Shown one piece after another: positions 31,625 to 43,473 of a DNA stretch of 64,000 nucleotides. The stretch is taken from contig CAKKNE010000003.1 of the NCBI GenBank assembly GCA_918797485.1, positions 3,038,001 to 3,102,000 of the forward strand, read 5' to 3'. Each line of letters begins with the position of its first letter. Within the stretch, counting starts at the first letter, position 1. Source of the DNA: Pelagomonas calceolata (Eukaryota). The notes beneath the pieces are model-generated. The model was not told the DNA's origin, searched no databases, and worked only from the letters and a program-made list of their open reading frames with translations. The translations under genes were made by a program, and so were the position numbers.

Positions 31625-32902
31625 ATGCCACCCAGCCAAAGCGCGCAGCTCGCAGCAGCAGCGGCCGCAGGCGTCGGGCTCGGCATCATCGCGACCCTAA
31701 GTTTCCAGCGCGGCGCGCGACGCGAGCCGGACGAGGACGACGAGGACGACCACGGCGCGGCGCGGGCACGCGTATGGCGGAGCATCGGCGGCGCCGTGAC
31801 CGCGGCCCAACTCTACGTAGGAGACAAGCTCGGCCTCTACGCGTCGCTCAAATTTCTGTGCGAAACGGCCTACGCGGCGACGCCCGAAGACCTGGCGTTT
31901 CATGCGAACATCGACGAGCGCTGGGCGCGCGAATGGCTGGCGCAGCAGGCGGCCGCGGGCTTTGTGAAATTGCTGCCCGGCACGGGCGACTCTCGCCTGC
32001 GCTTCAGACTGAAGCGGGCCTACGCCGACGTCCTCGCGGACCCGAACCACGAGGAGTACGACATCTCGCTCGTGCGCATGGTCCCCGCGCTCGTGCAGCG
32101 CGCGCGGACGGCGCTGCCGGAGGCGTTCCGCTCGGGCCGCGGCGTCGCCTACGACGACGAGGACATTTCTCGGGCCATCGACGACGCGCACGCGAAGCAC
32201 ATTCGCCTCGTGCTGCTGCCGGTTGTTTTAGGGAAGCTCGGTTCGATCGTCGGACGCCTCGAGCGCGGCGGGGCGATCGCCGACCTCGGCTGCGGCGGCG
32301 GCAACCTCGTCATCGCGCTGGCACGGCGGTTCCCGCTCGCCAAGGTCGTGGGCTTCGAGGTGTCGGACACGGCGCTCGCGGTCGCGCGCAAGCGCCTCGC
32401 AGTGCGCGACCGTGCCCATCGCCTTCGGCCATCGAGCAGACGCGTCGATGGCGTGGGGCTGACCCGTCGATCGTTCACGCAGGCGGCGAAGCTGCCGAAC
32501 GCCTCCGTCGTGGACGCGCGCGAGACGCCTATGGGCGCCGCGGGGCCCTTCGATTTGGTGACGACGTACGACGTGCTCCACGACGCGCCAAAGCCGGAGC
32601 AGCTCGTCGAGGAGGCCGCCGCGGCGCTGGCGCCCTCCGGCGTCTGGCTCCTCGGCGACATGGCCGCGCGGGACGGCGTCCGCGAGAACGTCGAGCAGCA
32701 CCCGGGCGCGGCGACGATGTACGCCTTCTCGACGTGCCTGTGCATGGCCTGCGCGCTGAGCGAGCCGGGCGGGCGCGGCCTGGGGACGCTCGGCTTCTCA
32801 GAGCGCGTCGCGCGGGAGATGGTCTTGGGCCGAGGCCTCTTCACCGAGTGCCGCGTCCTCCACGAGGCGGACAACACGCGGTGGTTCGAGGTGACGAGGT
32901 AA
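31625..32902 (+). CDS. Rv2258c-like methyltransferase (winged helix plus class I MTase). Probable intron 32402-32482.
   Basis: GDKLGLY..ERWAREWLAQQAAAG, ADLGCGGG, FDLVTTYDVLHD, YAFSTCLCM and GLGTLG. Confidence 0.88.
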   Translation: MPPSQSAQLAAAAAAGVGLGIIATLSFQRGARREPDEDDEDDHGAARARVWRSIGGAVTAAQLYVGDKLGLYASLKFLCETAYAATPEDLAFHANIDERWAREWLAQQAAAGFVKLLPGTGDSRLRFRLKRAYADVLADPNHEEYDISLVRMVPALVQRARTALPEAFRSGRGVAYDDEDISRAIDDAHAKHIRLVLLPVVLGKLGSIVGRLERGGAIADLGCGGGNLVIALARRFPLAKVVGFEVSDTALAVARKRLAVRDRAHRLRPSSRRVDGVGLTRRSFTQAAKLPNASVVDARETPMGAAGPFDLVTTYDVLHDAPKPEQLVEEAAAALAPSGVWLLGDMAARDGVRENVEQHPGAATMYAFSTCLCMACALSEPGGRGLGTLGFSERVAREMVLGRGLFTECRVLHEADNTRWFEVTR

Positions 32903-32913
32903 AAACCACAAAA

Positions 32914-33994
32914 CTATTTTATCAACTTGCCGTCGATCGTGTACTTCTCATTCTTCAGCGCCTTCAGCCGGGCCTCGTCGCGGAACGCGTGCCAGTCGTT
33001 GAACGGCACGGTGACCTCCTCGCTCTCGTCCGGCGGCTCGGGCGGCGCCGCGACGAGGGGCCGGGTTGCCGCGTCCAAAGGGTCTTCGTGCGGCCGCATG
33101 TCGTAGGGCCGCCACTTGTGGCCGCCGACGCCGCCCTTGGGCCAGAAGGGCGGCGGCGGCGCGAACCCCTCGTCATTCATATCCCTGCCCGGGCCCGCGT
33201 TTGCTTGATGGCCCTCGAGGATCGCAAGGTATCCGCAGCACTTGGCCGCGTTCCGTCGCGTCGCGTGCGCGAACAAAGTCGTGACCATGGCCGCGTCCTC
33301 GCCGACCTCGCCGTCGCGCAGGCCCCTGCGTTGATGAGCGATGAGGGGCGGTTTCCGTGTCGCTACGCGTCTCTCGCGTGAACGGTCGGCTCAGACAACG
33401 AGTCTATTACGTTTTCTCTCTCATGAGGTACGCCTCGCGGCGCCTCGGAACCACAGGAATGAAGTGCGTCACCGCCGATGAATGCATACGAGAGGACGCC
33501 GCGGCGACGGACCACTTGTAGCGGCCCCTTAATGTCCGCCACTCCGTCCCGATGACCTCGCCCTTGTCCCCGTACCTCCGGATGTCGCAGATGGCGTAGG
33601 GGCACGCCGTGATGTCCTTCAGGTGGAACTGCAGGGCCTGGGCGCAGCGCAGCGGCATGTCCGTCTCGATGCCGTCCTTGAGAATTTCCAACGCCTCCTC
33701 GGGTATTTGTTCGAGGGGCGGCGCGGGCGCGTGCAGCGGGCACAGCAGCGCGCGCTGGTGCGGCAGGATGCCGGCCCAGGCCCGGCGCCGGCACGGCTCG
33801 TCGGGACCACCTCCGCAGGAGAGGCCGCCGCCGTCCTGCGGGCCTTCGTCCTCGGGCTCCTCCTTCGTCTCTACCACCGTCTCCTCGGGCTCCTCCGGCG
33901 ACGGCTGCCGGGGTGCTACCGCAGACTTCTTCTTCTTGGGCGTCGACGGCGCGTCCTCGTCCGGTGCTGCTTTGCAGCACAGGAAGGAGACCAT
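32914..33994 (-). CDS. Hypothetical protein with an N-terminal di-Cys (possible lipidation). Intron 33326-33410.
   Basis: GTAATA...GCAG intron joins REKT|GLRDGEVG in frame to stop 32914. Confidence 0.65.
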
Positions 33995-34130
33995 GCCTCG
34001 CGGTAGTGCTGGTGGGCGCAGGCGGTGGTGGTGGTGCGTGGTGGCTGCCAGAACACGAAATCGGTGCCTAATACCAGCGCTACCACCGTAAAGCGCTACG
34101 CCGAGTAGCGGCGGTAAGATACTAGAAGAA

Positions 34131-34152
34131 CTAGTGTCTTACAGCCGCTAGC
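34131..34152 (+). promoter_or_regulatory. Bipartite upstream motif, copy 7
   Basis: CTAGTGTCTTAC-agc-CGCTAGC, between divergent ATGs 33994 and 34282. Confidence 0.7.
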
Positions 34153-34281
34153 TCGGCAAATTGGCGCGGCGCGGCTGCGCAGGGCTAGCTAACGAGCCAC
34201 GGTTTCAGGGCTTCTTGAGAACAGCGACTTGCCCACGCGCAAGCGTCGCCAACACTTTGGCGCCGTCCCCACCGCGCCAAA

Positions 34282-36747
34282 ATGGTGCGCCTGGGCCTCT
34301 TGGACGCCAGCGACGACGACGAGGAATTTACGACGGCGCGGTCGCCCTACGCGGCGCCGACGGAGGCCGACGACTCCGAGGACGAGCAGCCCCACGCGGC
34401 GGCGGACCGGACGCCGCGCCGGAGCTTCTCGCCCGGCGGCCTCTTCTCGCGGAGCGACGGGAGCGGCCGGGCGGAGGCTTCGCCGGGCGCGCGCGACCGC
34501 CTCGGCCTGGCCGCCCAGCTCGATCTCGATGCCGACGCCGTCGGGCGGTGGCGCCGCGCGCTCGCGCCGCCGCGGCCCCTCGCCGGCGAGCCGGCGCGGG
34601 ACCGGCTCGTCGTGACGCCGCCGCTGCCGCCGTCGTCACCAGTCCAACAACCGAGGCAAGCGCCCGGCCCGCGGCCCGCGAGCCAGTCGAAGACGCTGCA
34701 GCTGCTCGCGGCGGCGCGGCGCGCGAGGGGCCTGCCCGAGAGGCCCTTCTCGCAGCTCGGCGACGCCGGCATGTGGTTGGCGCGGAGCTTCCGGCCGGCC
34801 TTCGGCTGCGACGGGCGCCTCGCGCGGCCCGTCGTCGGCCGCGGCGCGTTCTTCGTCGAGATCAAACGCGTCCGCACGACGGACGCGGACCCCGAGCCGG
34901 CCCTGAACGCGGCGCTCGCGCACTTGCTCCCCGAGGCCGAGGCCGCGCCGCAAGAATTACCGTTGAGGGCGCTGCCCGCGTGCCCCGCGTACGACGACGA
35001 CCTCTACGCGGCCTCGGCCGCGCGGGCCGCCGTCGCCAAGGCCGTCCACGCCTATGGGAAAGCGCACGCCGGAAGGTTGCGCGAGGCCTTCGAGCTCGTG
35101 GGCGCGCTGTGGTTGCACGACGCCACGGCTACGCACGTAGAGCGGCCGACCGTCGCGTCGGCCTGGGCGCGCGAGTTGAGGAGGGCAGCTAGAGACGACG
35201 CCGTCGGGTCGTGGCTCGCCGCGCGCGCGCGCGCCGAGGTCCGGAACACGGGAGACGGCGTCCGCGCGGCGTTCCTGCACCTCGCGCGGCACGACGTCGC
35301 GGCCGCGGCTAAAGCGTGCGCGGCGGCGGGTCGCACGCGCGCCGCGCTCTGCCTCGCGGCGCGCGACGAGCCGGATTCCGATCCCGCGATGCAGGTCGAG
35401 TTCGCGCGGGCCCGCGCGGTCGCGGCGGCGGCCGGCGGCGCGGACGCGGCGCTCGAGGCGCGCGTGCTCGGCGTGGCCGCGGGCGCCTTCGACCTCGAGG
35501 ACGATGTTGAGTTAAGTAATCCGAACTCGGCGGCGGGCCTCCGGTGGCGCACGCGGCTGGGCCTGCACGCGTGGTACGGCCGCGGCGATAACTTCGAGGA
35601 CGCGCTGGGCGCCTTCGACGAGGCCGTCTGCGACGGGCGGGCGCGAGCACCTTTAGCTGATGAAGTTGGAGGTAGAGTGCCGGCGGCGCACTACACGCTG
35701 CTCAAGCTCGCGTTCTCGAGCGACTTCGAGGACGCGGACGCTCTGTTAACAAGCTTCGCGCACGGTTTGCGGTGCGGCGAGGCGCCGGGCGGGCGGTGGC
35801 ACCTCGCCCTGTGTCTGCGGGCGCTGGGCGTGGAGGTGGCCCAGGCGTCGCTCACGCGACTCGGCGCGGCGTTCGTCGAGGACCTGTGTGGGCGGGGGCT
35901 CTGGCACTGGGCGCTTTTGGTGATTGCCGCGACGCATGATGATCCCGAAATAAGGGAGCGCCTGGCGCGCGACGTCCTCGAGCGCCACGCGTGGCCGCCC
36001 GACGCGGCGGGGACGCCGGGGGCGCAGCTGCGGCCCGGCGCGGTGGAAGCAAGGAAGCGGCTCGAGGAGGCCTATGAGTTAAGAAGGGCCTTCTGCGGCG
36101 CGGCCCTCCAAGCGCCCGACGAGTGGCTCGAGTCGGCGCTCGCGACGCGCGCCGGCGCGGCGGGCGGCGGCGGCGCCGCGCACGTCTCCCATTTAGTTGG
36201 AGCGCGCCGCTGGGCCGAGGCCGAAAGGGCGTTGAGACGCCGCTGCCCGGAAGCGCTCGTCGCGGGCCGGCCCGCGGCGCTGCGGCCCGTGCTCGAGGCG
36301 TGCGAGGCCGCGTTCGTCGCGGACGGCAAGGGCGCGGCGTGGCGCGCCGGCGCGGGCCTCTACCTGGACTACGTGCGCTTCCGGGAGGACCTCGCGGCGG
36401 CCATGGTCGCGTTGGACGAAGGCGCGCCGCCCGACGCGCAGATGCTCGCCGGGCTCGCTTCGAGTGCACGGGCGCTGCGGGCGCGCGTCGACGGCTCCGC
36501 GGCGCTCGCCGCCGATCGGGCGGTCTGCGCGACGGCCGGCGACGCGCCCGACGATTTGGTGCTGCTCGCGTGCCGCTCGTCGCTCAGTTCGGAGCTCGAC
36601 GACGCGGCGCGGAAGCTCGACGACGCGTCGGGCCTGCGCGCGGCGGCGGCCGACCCCGTCGACGACGTGCCGGTGCAGACGCCCCACGCGAACTGCAAAC
36701 AGGACGTCTGCATCGAGCTCGCCGACGCGCTCATCGCCGGTGAGTAA
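34282..36747 (+). CDS. NUP96: Nucleoporin Nup96-like
   Basis: ARSFRPAFGCDGRL, LRWRTRLGLHAWYG, GLWHWALLV and WRAGAGLYLDY correspond to conserved Nup96 blocks. Confidence 0.8.
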   Translation: MVRLGLLDASDDDEEFTTARSPYAAPTEADDSEDEQPHAAADRTPRRSFSPGGLFSRSDGSGRAEASPGARDRLGLAAQLDLDADAVGRWRRALAPPRPLAGEPARDRLVVTPPLPPSSPVQQPRQAPGPRPASQSKTLQLLAAARRARGLPERPFSQLGDAGMWLARSFRPAFGCDGRLARPVVGRGAFFVEIKRVRTTDADPEPALNAALAHLLPEAEAAPQELPLRALPACPAYDDDLYAASAARAAVAKAVHAYGKAHAGRLREAFELVGALWLHDATATHVERPTVASAWARELRRAARDDAVGSWLAARARAEVRNTGDGVRAAFLHLARHDVAAAAKACAAAGRTRAALCLAARDEPDSDPAMQVEFARARAVAAAAGGADAALEARVLGVAAGAFDLEDDVELSNPNSAAGLRWRTRLGLHAWYGRGDNFEDALGAFDEAVCDGRARAPLADEVGGRVPAAHYTLLKLAFSSDFEDADALLTSFAHGLRCGEAPGGRWHLALCLRALGVEVAQASLTRLGAAFVEDLCGRGLWHWALLVIAATHDDPEIRERLARDVLERHAWPPDAAGTPGAQLRPGAVEARKRLEEAYELRRAFCGAALQAPDEWLESALATRAGAAGGGGAAHVSHLVGARRWAEAERALRRRCPEALVAGRPAALRPVLEACEAAFVADGKGAAWRAGAGLYLDYVRFREDLAAAMVALDEGAPPDAQMLAGLASSARALRARVDGSAALAADRAVCATAGDAPDDLVLLACRSSLSSELDDAARKLDDASGLRAAAADPVDDVPVQTPHANCKQDVCIELADALIAGE

Positions 36748-36896
36748 TACCAATACTTCTAGTAGCACGAGACTTCGCCGCTGTGCTGTTCGTGGTGCTA
36801 CTGCTGTGCTTATGCGAGACTTCAGGCATAGATACTTATGTACGTCAGTACTTCTTCAGGCGGGGTGTTGAGGGCACGCGTGCGCGCACAAGATGC

Positions 36897-37589
36897 TCAG
36901 GCTGACCGCGGCGCGCGCATCTTCTCCCGCAGGCCCGGGTCCTTGAGCGTGCCGGCACCGGGCGAAGCCGCGCGCTTGCCCGGCGACTTGCGGCCGCCCG
37001 GCCGCGGCGAAGGCGACGAGAGGTCCGTGACGACCTGGGAACTCGGCGACTCCGACGGCGACGACGTCAAGTCGACGACGGAGGTGGGCGACGCCGTCGC
37101 GCGGCGCGCCTCGATGGTCAGGTGGTACATCGGGGTCCCGGCCACGAGCGCCTCGATGTCGCGCGCGGTGACGCCCGGGAAGTGCGTCGCCGCGGCGGCG
37201 GCGGAGGCGAACCGGCGCCAGGGCGCAGAAGACAGCAGCGAGCGGACCTCGACGGGCTGCTCGGGCTGCGCCCGCGGCGGGGCGACGGCGGCCGGGCGCG
37301 GGGCCGCGGCCTTCTTGGCCTTCTGCGCGTCCTTCTTGGCCTTGCAGGCGTCGCACGTCTTGCGCCGGGCCCCCGTCGTCACGAAGCGCGAGAACGTCGT
37401 GTGCGCCGGCGTGCGGCCGCACGTGCCGCAGGGGTCGTTCTCGCCGACGGGCGCGCGGCCGCCCCCGGGCACGGGCGCCGGTGCCGTCGGCCAGTGCCCA
37501 AACGGGTGGGTCGGGGCCTTGCCCTTGGACCGGTAGGGCGCCGACGCGGCGTCCGCCGGCGCCGCCCCCAGGTTAAAGAACGGCACGGC

Positions 37590-37634
<45 letters not shown>

Positions 37635-40600
37635 GTTGTCGGACACGCGCGGCACCGTCAAATCAAAGGGGCGGTCGCCGCCCCACTTGTCCATGGTTAA
37701 GGAGAGGCGCCGGCCGGCGCCGTCCGCGTAGCGCTGCTCCATGGCGATCTCCACGTTGCCCCGGCCCGCCAGGTCCAGGTTCCGCACGCCGACGTAGTGC
37801 CTCTTGACTAACTTCTCGTCCGCGAGGTCGAACGTCGTCACGCCCGAGGCCCGCACGCCGCCGCTTTCGTCCTCCGTCTGGACGAGCCAGAGCGCGCCCT
37901 GGCGCGGCGCGACCAGGTACTGAGCTAACAACTCGTGGCGCACGCGCTTGTTACCTATTCTAGCTTCGCGCGCTCTAGGCTTGCGGCCGCGCTCCAACTG
38001 GACGAACTGCAGCGCCCACGTGAGCGCATCCAATTCATACGTGCGCCACGTCTCGAAGAGTCTGTTGAGCGTCAGGTAGAGCTCCGCGGCGCGATCCTTC
38101 AGGTCCGGGCCTTCGCCGACGCCCGTCCACTCGCCGATCTCCTTCGCCAACGCTTCCGTGCTCCGAGACAGGCCGCCCTTGGCCTCGTCGTCCGCATACA
38201 AGATGGAGTGCAGCGCGTCGACGGCCGAGGCGACGCCCGTCTTCGACGTGCCGCAGCGCATGATGAAATGCGGCGAGCTCTGCGCGACCGAGAACCGCTT
38301 CTTCGCGAGCGCCGCGTCCAGGCGCATCGAGGCGTCGGGGTTCGTCTCCGCGAGGCGCGTGCGGTCGTCCCGCTCGTCCGTGCGGAGCTTCTCTCTAGGA
38401 GGAGCTTCCTGTCTCAGAGTCGTCGTATCTAACCCCGCAGCCCCGGAGATGGCCGCCGCGACGTCGTGGCCGGTCGACGATAACCCGCGGTCCTTGCAGA
38501 ACTGCTTGCAGCCCGCGCCGCAGATGATGAAGGCCGCCTGCTTCGGGTGGTTCTGGCCGAGCGCCATGAACCTTTCGCACTTGCCCTGGATCGTCGCCGT
38601 CGACGGCAGATGGTCCTCGCAGAACGCCGACGGGCACACGGCGCACCGAAACAGCAACCCACCGGCCTGCGCCGCCTTTCGTCCACAGGTCTCGCAGGAG
38701 TGGTGCGGGCAGCCCCACGAGCCGAACTTCTTCGTCGGCAGCGCGAAGCCGATCTTCTGCAAGCAGCCCGCGTGCCACGACGCCGGGCACTGGTCGCAGC
38801 AGATCAAATCGCCGCCGTCCCAGCAGTGGAGGCAGTGCTCCTCATTATCATAGTCGCGGCCGGCGATCTGTCTCCCGCCGACGGCCTCGAGCGCGGCCTT
38901 CGCGGCCTTGGCCTCCCAGCGCGCCGCCTGCTCGTCGACTTGCTTCGCGTCCTTTTTCCGCTCTTGGCCGTCGCCGTACTCCTTCGTGAGGACGTTGACT
39001 AAGCCGACGCCCTCGACGCGCTCCTGGCGCATGCGCTGCGTCCGTTTCCGCTTCTCCTGCTGGATGAATTCGGCGCTCAAGTCGCCTAATGTCGCTCTTT
39101 TCTCCCTCTTGGCGCCGTAGGTCGCGCCCTCGAACTCGCGCAGGCTCACAGCTTGCGTGTCGCTCTTGAACGACGCGGCGTCCGAGGCCTGGTTGCCCTT
39201 GACCACACCTAATGTCGCGTTGCCGTCTCTACTACGGTCGAGGATCTGATCTAAATCCTGATCGGTTAATTGCTTGTCCGCGGCGCCGTTGACGATGGCA
39301 GCCGCACCGAATTTCAGCGCGCTCAGCATGTCGCCCGCGGAGACCTGGTCGTCCGGTTCCGCCGCCCGCTGCGAGTCGCGGTTGACCATCGCATCTAAGT
39401 ACAGCTTCTTCTCGGCGCGCTGGACGATGCGCTCCTCGACGGTGCCGGCGGTCACGAGTCGATAAACGTGCACGGGCTTCGTCTGGCCGATGCGGTGGAC
39501 GCGCGCCATGGCCTGCAGGTCGGCCTGCGGGTTCCAGTCCGAGTCGAACAGTATGCACGTGTCCGCCGTCTGCAGGTTCACACCTAAGCCTCCTGCCCTT
39601 GTGGACATGAGGAAGAGGAAGACTGACGAGTTCGGCGCGTTGAAGGACTGGATGTCTACCGTCCGTTGGACGCGGTTCGTGCCGCCGTCTAATCTTGAAA
39701 ACTCGTAGCCTCTGTATCTCAGTACGTCATCTAACAAATCTAGGGTGGTGGTGAACTGCGAAAACAGCACGACCCGGTGGCCCCTATCTTTGAGCTTCGT
39801 CAGCAACCGATCCAAAACGTGGACCTTGCCCGACGCCTCGATGAGCGACTCGTCCGTGACGCCCGGGTCGGGATCGGCCCCCTCAAATAAGTAGGGGTGG
39901 TTGCAGCACTTGCGCAGCTGCATGAGTAACGATTGCAACTTCTTCCAGGCGCCCGTCTGGGGCCCGCCCGTCGGGTCGTTCAGCTGGTCGAGCAGTTCGG
40001 ACTGGCGCAGCAATAGCCGCTTGTACCACCAGCGCTGCGACTCGGCTAATGGCACTAAAATCTTCGTCTCGAGGCGCGGCGGCAGCGTCGTCTCGACCTC
40101 GGACTTGACGCGGCGCTTCATGAGGACGTTCATCATATTGTGCGCTTTGGCTAGCGCGCCCTGCTTGCCGCCCTTTCCCCGATCGAACGCGTCGTCGAAG
40201 GCCGTGCTGTCCGGAAAGACGTCCGGAAACAGGAAATTCAGCAGGGCCCAGAGCTCGTGTAGATCGTTCTGGAGCGGCGTGCCCGTTAACAGCAAAGCCC
40301 GTTCGGCGTGTAACCGCCGGACCGCCTTACTAATGTCCGCCTCCTCGTTCTTTATCACATGACCTTCATCTAACACCACTAAGCGCCACCAGGGCCGCTG
40401 GATCGTCGACTGCATGGCCGGCGCCTTGGCCATCTCGTACGTCGTCACCACCACATCATAGGCCGACGTGTCCCGCAATTGGTGCTTCAGCCGGTCCCTT
40501 TCTCGGACGTCGCCCGAGTGGAGCTTGACCATGCGCAAATCGGGCACGAACTTGCGCGCCTCCGTGAGCCAACTCGATAATACGGATAGCGGGCAGATGA

Positions 40601-41564
40601 CGAGGGACGGCCCGTGCTCGGCCGGCCGCTCGTGCTTCAGCCAGCTCAGGAAGCTTAATGTTTGGAGCGTCTTCCCCAGACCCATCTCGTCCCCGAGGAT
40701 GGCGCCGCAGCCGTCCTCGTAGCGCTGCGCGAGCCAGCGCAGACCCTCGCGCTGGTAGTCGCGCATGTCCGCTTTTATATAAGACGGCGTCCGCTCGAAG
40801 GGCTCAATCACCACCCGTTGCGGCGCCTTCTTCGCCGCCTCCTTGCACCAGTTTAGAGAAGGCTTGAAGGGCGCGAGCGCGTCCTTGTGCGCGAGCAGGA
40901 ACCGCGCGCGGCAGGCCCGCGCGGCCGGGAGCCGCGACTTCGCCGCATCCCTTTGAGCGTCGCGCGCCTGCTCGGCCTTGGCCTGGTGGCGCGGCTTCTT
41001 GGGCGCGTCCTTGGTCTTGATTGTTGTGGAAGATTTCCGCTTCGGCGGCGGCTTCGTGGAAGCGCCGAAGGCCGCCGCCGCGTCCCGATCACCGGCGAGC
41101 TCCTGGTCCCAGACGCTGCGCTCGCCCGTCTCGGCGTCGTACAGGTTCGACTTCTTCACAAAAAAACCGTCGACGTAGACGCCGACGCTCTTCTGCTCGC
41201 GCGTCGACCGGCGCACGGGCGCCGCGGCCTCCCTGGCGCGGCGCCGCTTCGGCGCCGGCGCCTCTTCTTCCTCTTCCTCTTCCTCGTCCTCCTCGTCCTC
41301 GGATTCCTCGTCGGCCCCGAACTCGAAGTCGGCCTTCTTTTTTTTGGGAGAGCGCTTGGGCTCCGCCTGCGCGTGCGCGACGCGGGCCTTGAGCGCCTGC
41401 GCCGGCGTCAGCAGCGTCGAGCTGCTGTCCTCGTTCCAGTGGACGTCGACCTTGTTTCCTTCGAAGCCGACGACCTTGCCCGTGAACACGCCGTGGCCGG
41501 GGAAGCGCATGCGCATCGCGTCGCCGACGGCGAGGTCGCCCAGCGCGTCCGTGTCCATGTCCAT
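36897..41564 (-). CDS. SNF2-family (ISWI/CHD-like) chromatin remodeler with a Tudor/PWWP-like N-terminus and C-terminal PHD fingers
   Basis: ILGDEMGLGKTLQ, VLDEGH, LLTGTPLQN, MQLRKCCNHPYLF, STRAGGLGVNL, DSDWNPQADLQAMARVHRIGQ, and CLHCWDGGDLICCDQCPASWH. Confidence 0.93.
37594..37633. repeat. (GGC)n microsatellite encoding poly-Pro
   Basis: About 13 uninterrupted GGC units inside the SNF2 gene. Confidence 0.9.
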
Positions 41565-42107
41565 GCTTGTTTGCTGCTCGTGGGCTCGCGATTACTGTTC
41601 CCGCCTCTGCGAGAGAAACGCGTGCCCGGCGTGCGCGGGACCGCGGATTTCGGCGGCGCTGCAAAGAGTGGAGGCTGGCGAGTGTCTGCGCGCTGTGTTT
41701 TTCACCGTGAGTGGCCACGTGATGCGGCCGCAGATGATGATGCTCGTGGCGCGGCTTGGAGAGCTTCGCGGGCTTTTTTGACGGAGCTGTACAAACGCCT
41801 TCGAACTTCCGCTAGATGCATAGCGAGACCTCTCCTGAAAAATCCAACGGAAAAAAAATCAAAAAAGCTAAATGCTTGTCAAAAGATTTTTTGGCCTTCC
41901 CGCCCAGCGACACCAATCCGGGGCGCAAAAAATCGCCGAGCACGCACTTCGCATCGAGAGTCAGACGCCTGCATAATTTGGTCGCGCACGGGTCTGATGG
42001 CTACGAGACGCGCCGCGCGCGGCGGACGTTCCGAAGCTGTAGACTTGCTTGGAGCTAGGCCGCGTGATCGCACACCCCCATACGCCGTAGCTAGACTTAC
42101 TTGTAGA

Positions 42108-43082
42108 TTACACTGCGACGACGTCGCGGTCGGGCAATTCCGCGGGCTCCTCGTAGACGACACGGGCGAACGCGTCCGGCGGCGGCGGCGGGCCGGCCGG
42201 GGGCTCCGGCGTGAGGCAGAAGCGGTGCCGGTGCGCGCGGGTCGGCGGCGGCGGCGGCGGCGGCGCCGGCCTCCGCGCTATGGCCAGCGGCTTGCAGGGG
42301 ACCTGCGTGGCCTCGTCGGCGAGGGCCGCGCGGTCGCAGCCGAGGATGGCGTGCAGCGCGTCGAGCACGCCCAAGCAGCGCGCCGGCGCCCGTTGTGGCG
42401 AGTAGGTGCGGCCGCGGCGCGGCGGCGAGTAGCACGGCGGCGGATCGGTCGGCGTCTCCGGCCCGGGCGCGCTGATGACGCGCACGGCCGGTTCGGGCGG
42501 CCACGCGTCGGCTTCGGCAGGCCACGCGGGCGGCGGCGGCGAGTCCGGCGGCGGGGGCGGCGTGGCCGGCGGCGTCGCGGCGCGCGGCGGCGCGCGCGCC
42601 GGCGGCGTGTCCCGCGCCGGCGGCCCGGGCGCCGGCGGCCGGGGCGCCGCGGCGGGCGGCTTGGGCGGCGAGCTCGCGGCCACGACGGCCGGCGGCGGGC
42701 CCGCCGGGGGCTTCGCGCTCCGCGCCCGTTCGCGCCGCGCCGCGCGGGCCGTCGCGGCGCGCACCGCTGCGGTCTCGAGCGCCTCGAGCCGCGCCTGCAT
42801 CGCCTTCATGCCGCCCCGCAGCCGCAGCACCTCCCGCTTGAGGGCCTCGCCCTCGTTGCGCAGCGCGACGCAGCCGTGGCAGATCCGGCGCGGCGCCTTG
42901 GCCCGGCCGCCCTGCTTGACCAGCGCCTCGACGCTCAGCGTGTTGCTGCTGTCGCCGAGCGCCGGCCGACTGATGGTGTCCTGCATGACCGTGTTCGTGG
43001 CCTGCCGCGCGAGGCGGTCGGCCTGGCGCGCGAGCAGCAGCGAGTCCGGCACGGCGGAACTCGTGGCGTCGAAGGACGCCAT
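42108..43082 (-). CDS. Hypothetical protein (short coiled coil plus Pro-rich region)
   Basis: ORF from MASFDATSS with typical codon usage; start uncertain. Confidence 0.55.
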   Translation of the reverse strand: MASFDATSSAVPDSLLLARQADRLARQATNTVMQDTISRPALGDSSNTLSVEALVKQGGRAKAPRRICHGCVALRNEGEALKREVLRLRGGMKAMQARLEALETAAVRAATARAARRERARSAKPPAGPPPAVVAASSPPKPPAAAPRPPAPGPPARDTPPARAPPRAATPPATPPPPPDSPPPPAWPAEADAWPPEPAVRVISAPGPETPTDPPPCYSPPRRGRTYSPQRAPARCLGVLDALHAILGCDRAALADEATQVPCKPLAIARRPAPPPPPPPTRAHRHRFCLTPEPPAGPPPPPDAFARVVYEEPAELPDRDVVAV

Positions 43083-43473
43083 CGGCGGGCGGCGCGGCTC
43101 CGCGTCGTTTGCTGGGACCACGGCCCCGCGAAACGGGGCAGGCTCTCCTCTGGCGAAACGCACGGCCTTTTTGCTGGCTTCGCGCGGCGGGCAGCGGGAA
43201 AAACGAACGGGAAAAACGAGCGGGTCGGACCGCGGGCTACGGCAACGCCCACCGGTCCTCGACCTCTCCCCGTGGATAGATCCGCGGTCTTTCGACGGAT
43301 GGCTTCTCGCGGCCGGGTTCACGGAGTCTGTGGGGCACTCTGGCAATGGGGGCAGCCAGTTTGAAACGCAAGACCTCTCGCCGCACTTCCTAAGGCAGCC
43401 GTTCGAATCAGTGCACACAAAACAAGTGGCATGCACCGCGTGCTGGAGGCAAAACGATGGACTGCGTGCTGAG

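Noticed and set aside
40887..43364. Long antisense or alternative-frame ORFs (e.g. 40887-43364, 48851-50455, 25716-27218, 15395-16672)
   Set aside because: Shadow ORFs caused by very high GC. They are Arg/Ala/Pro-rich and overlap well-supported genes.
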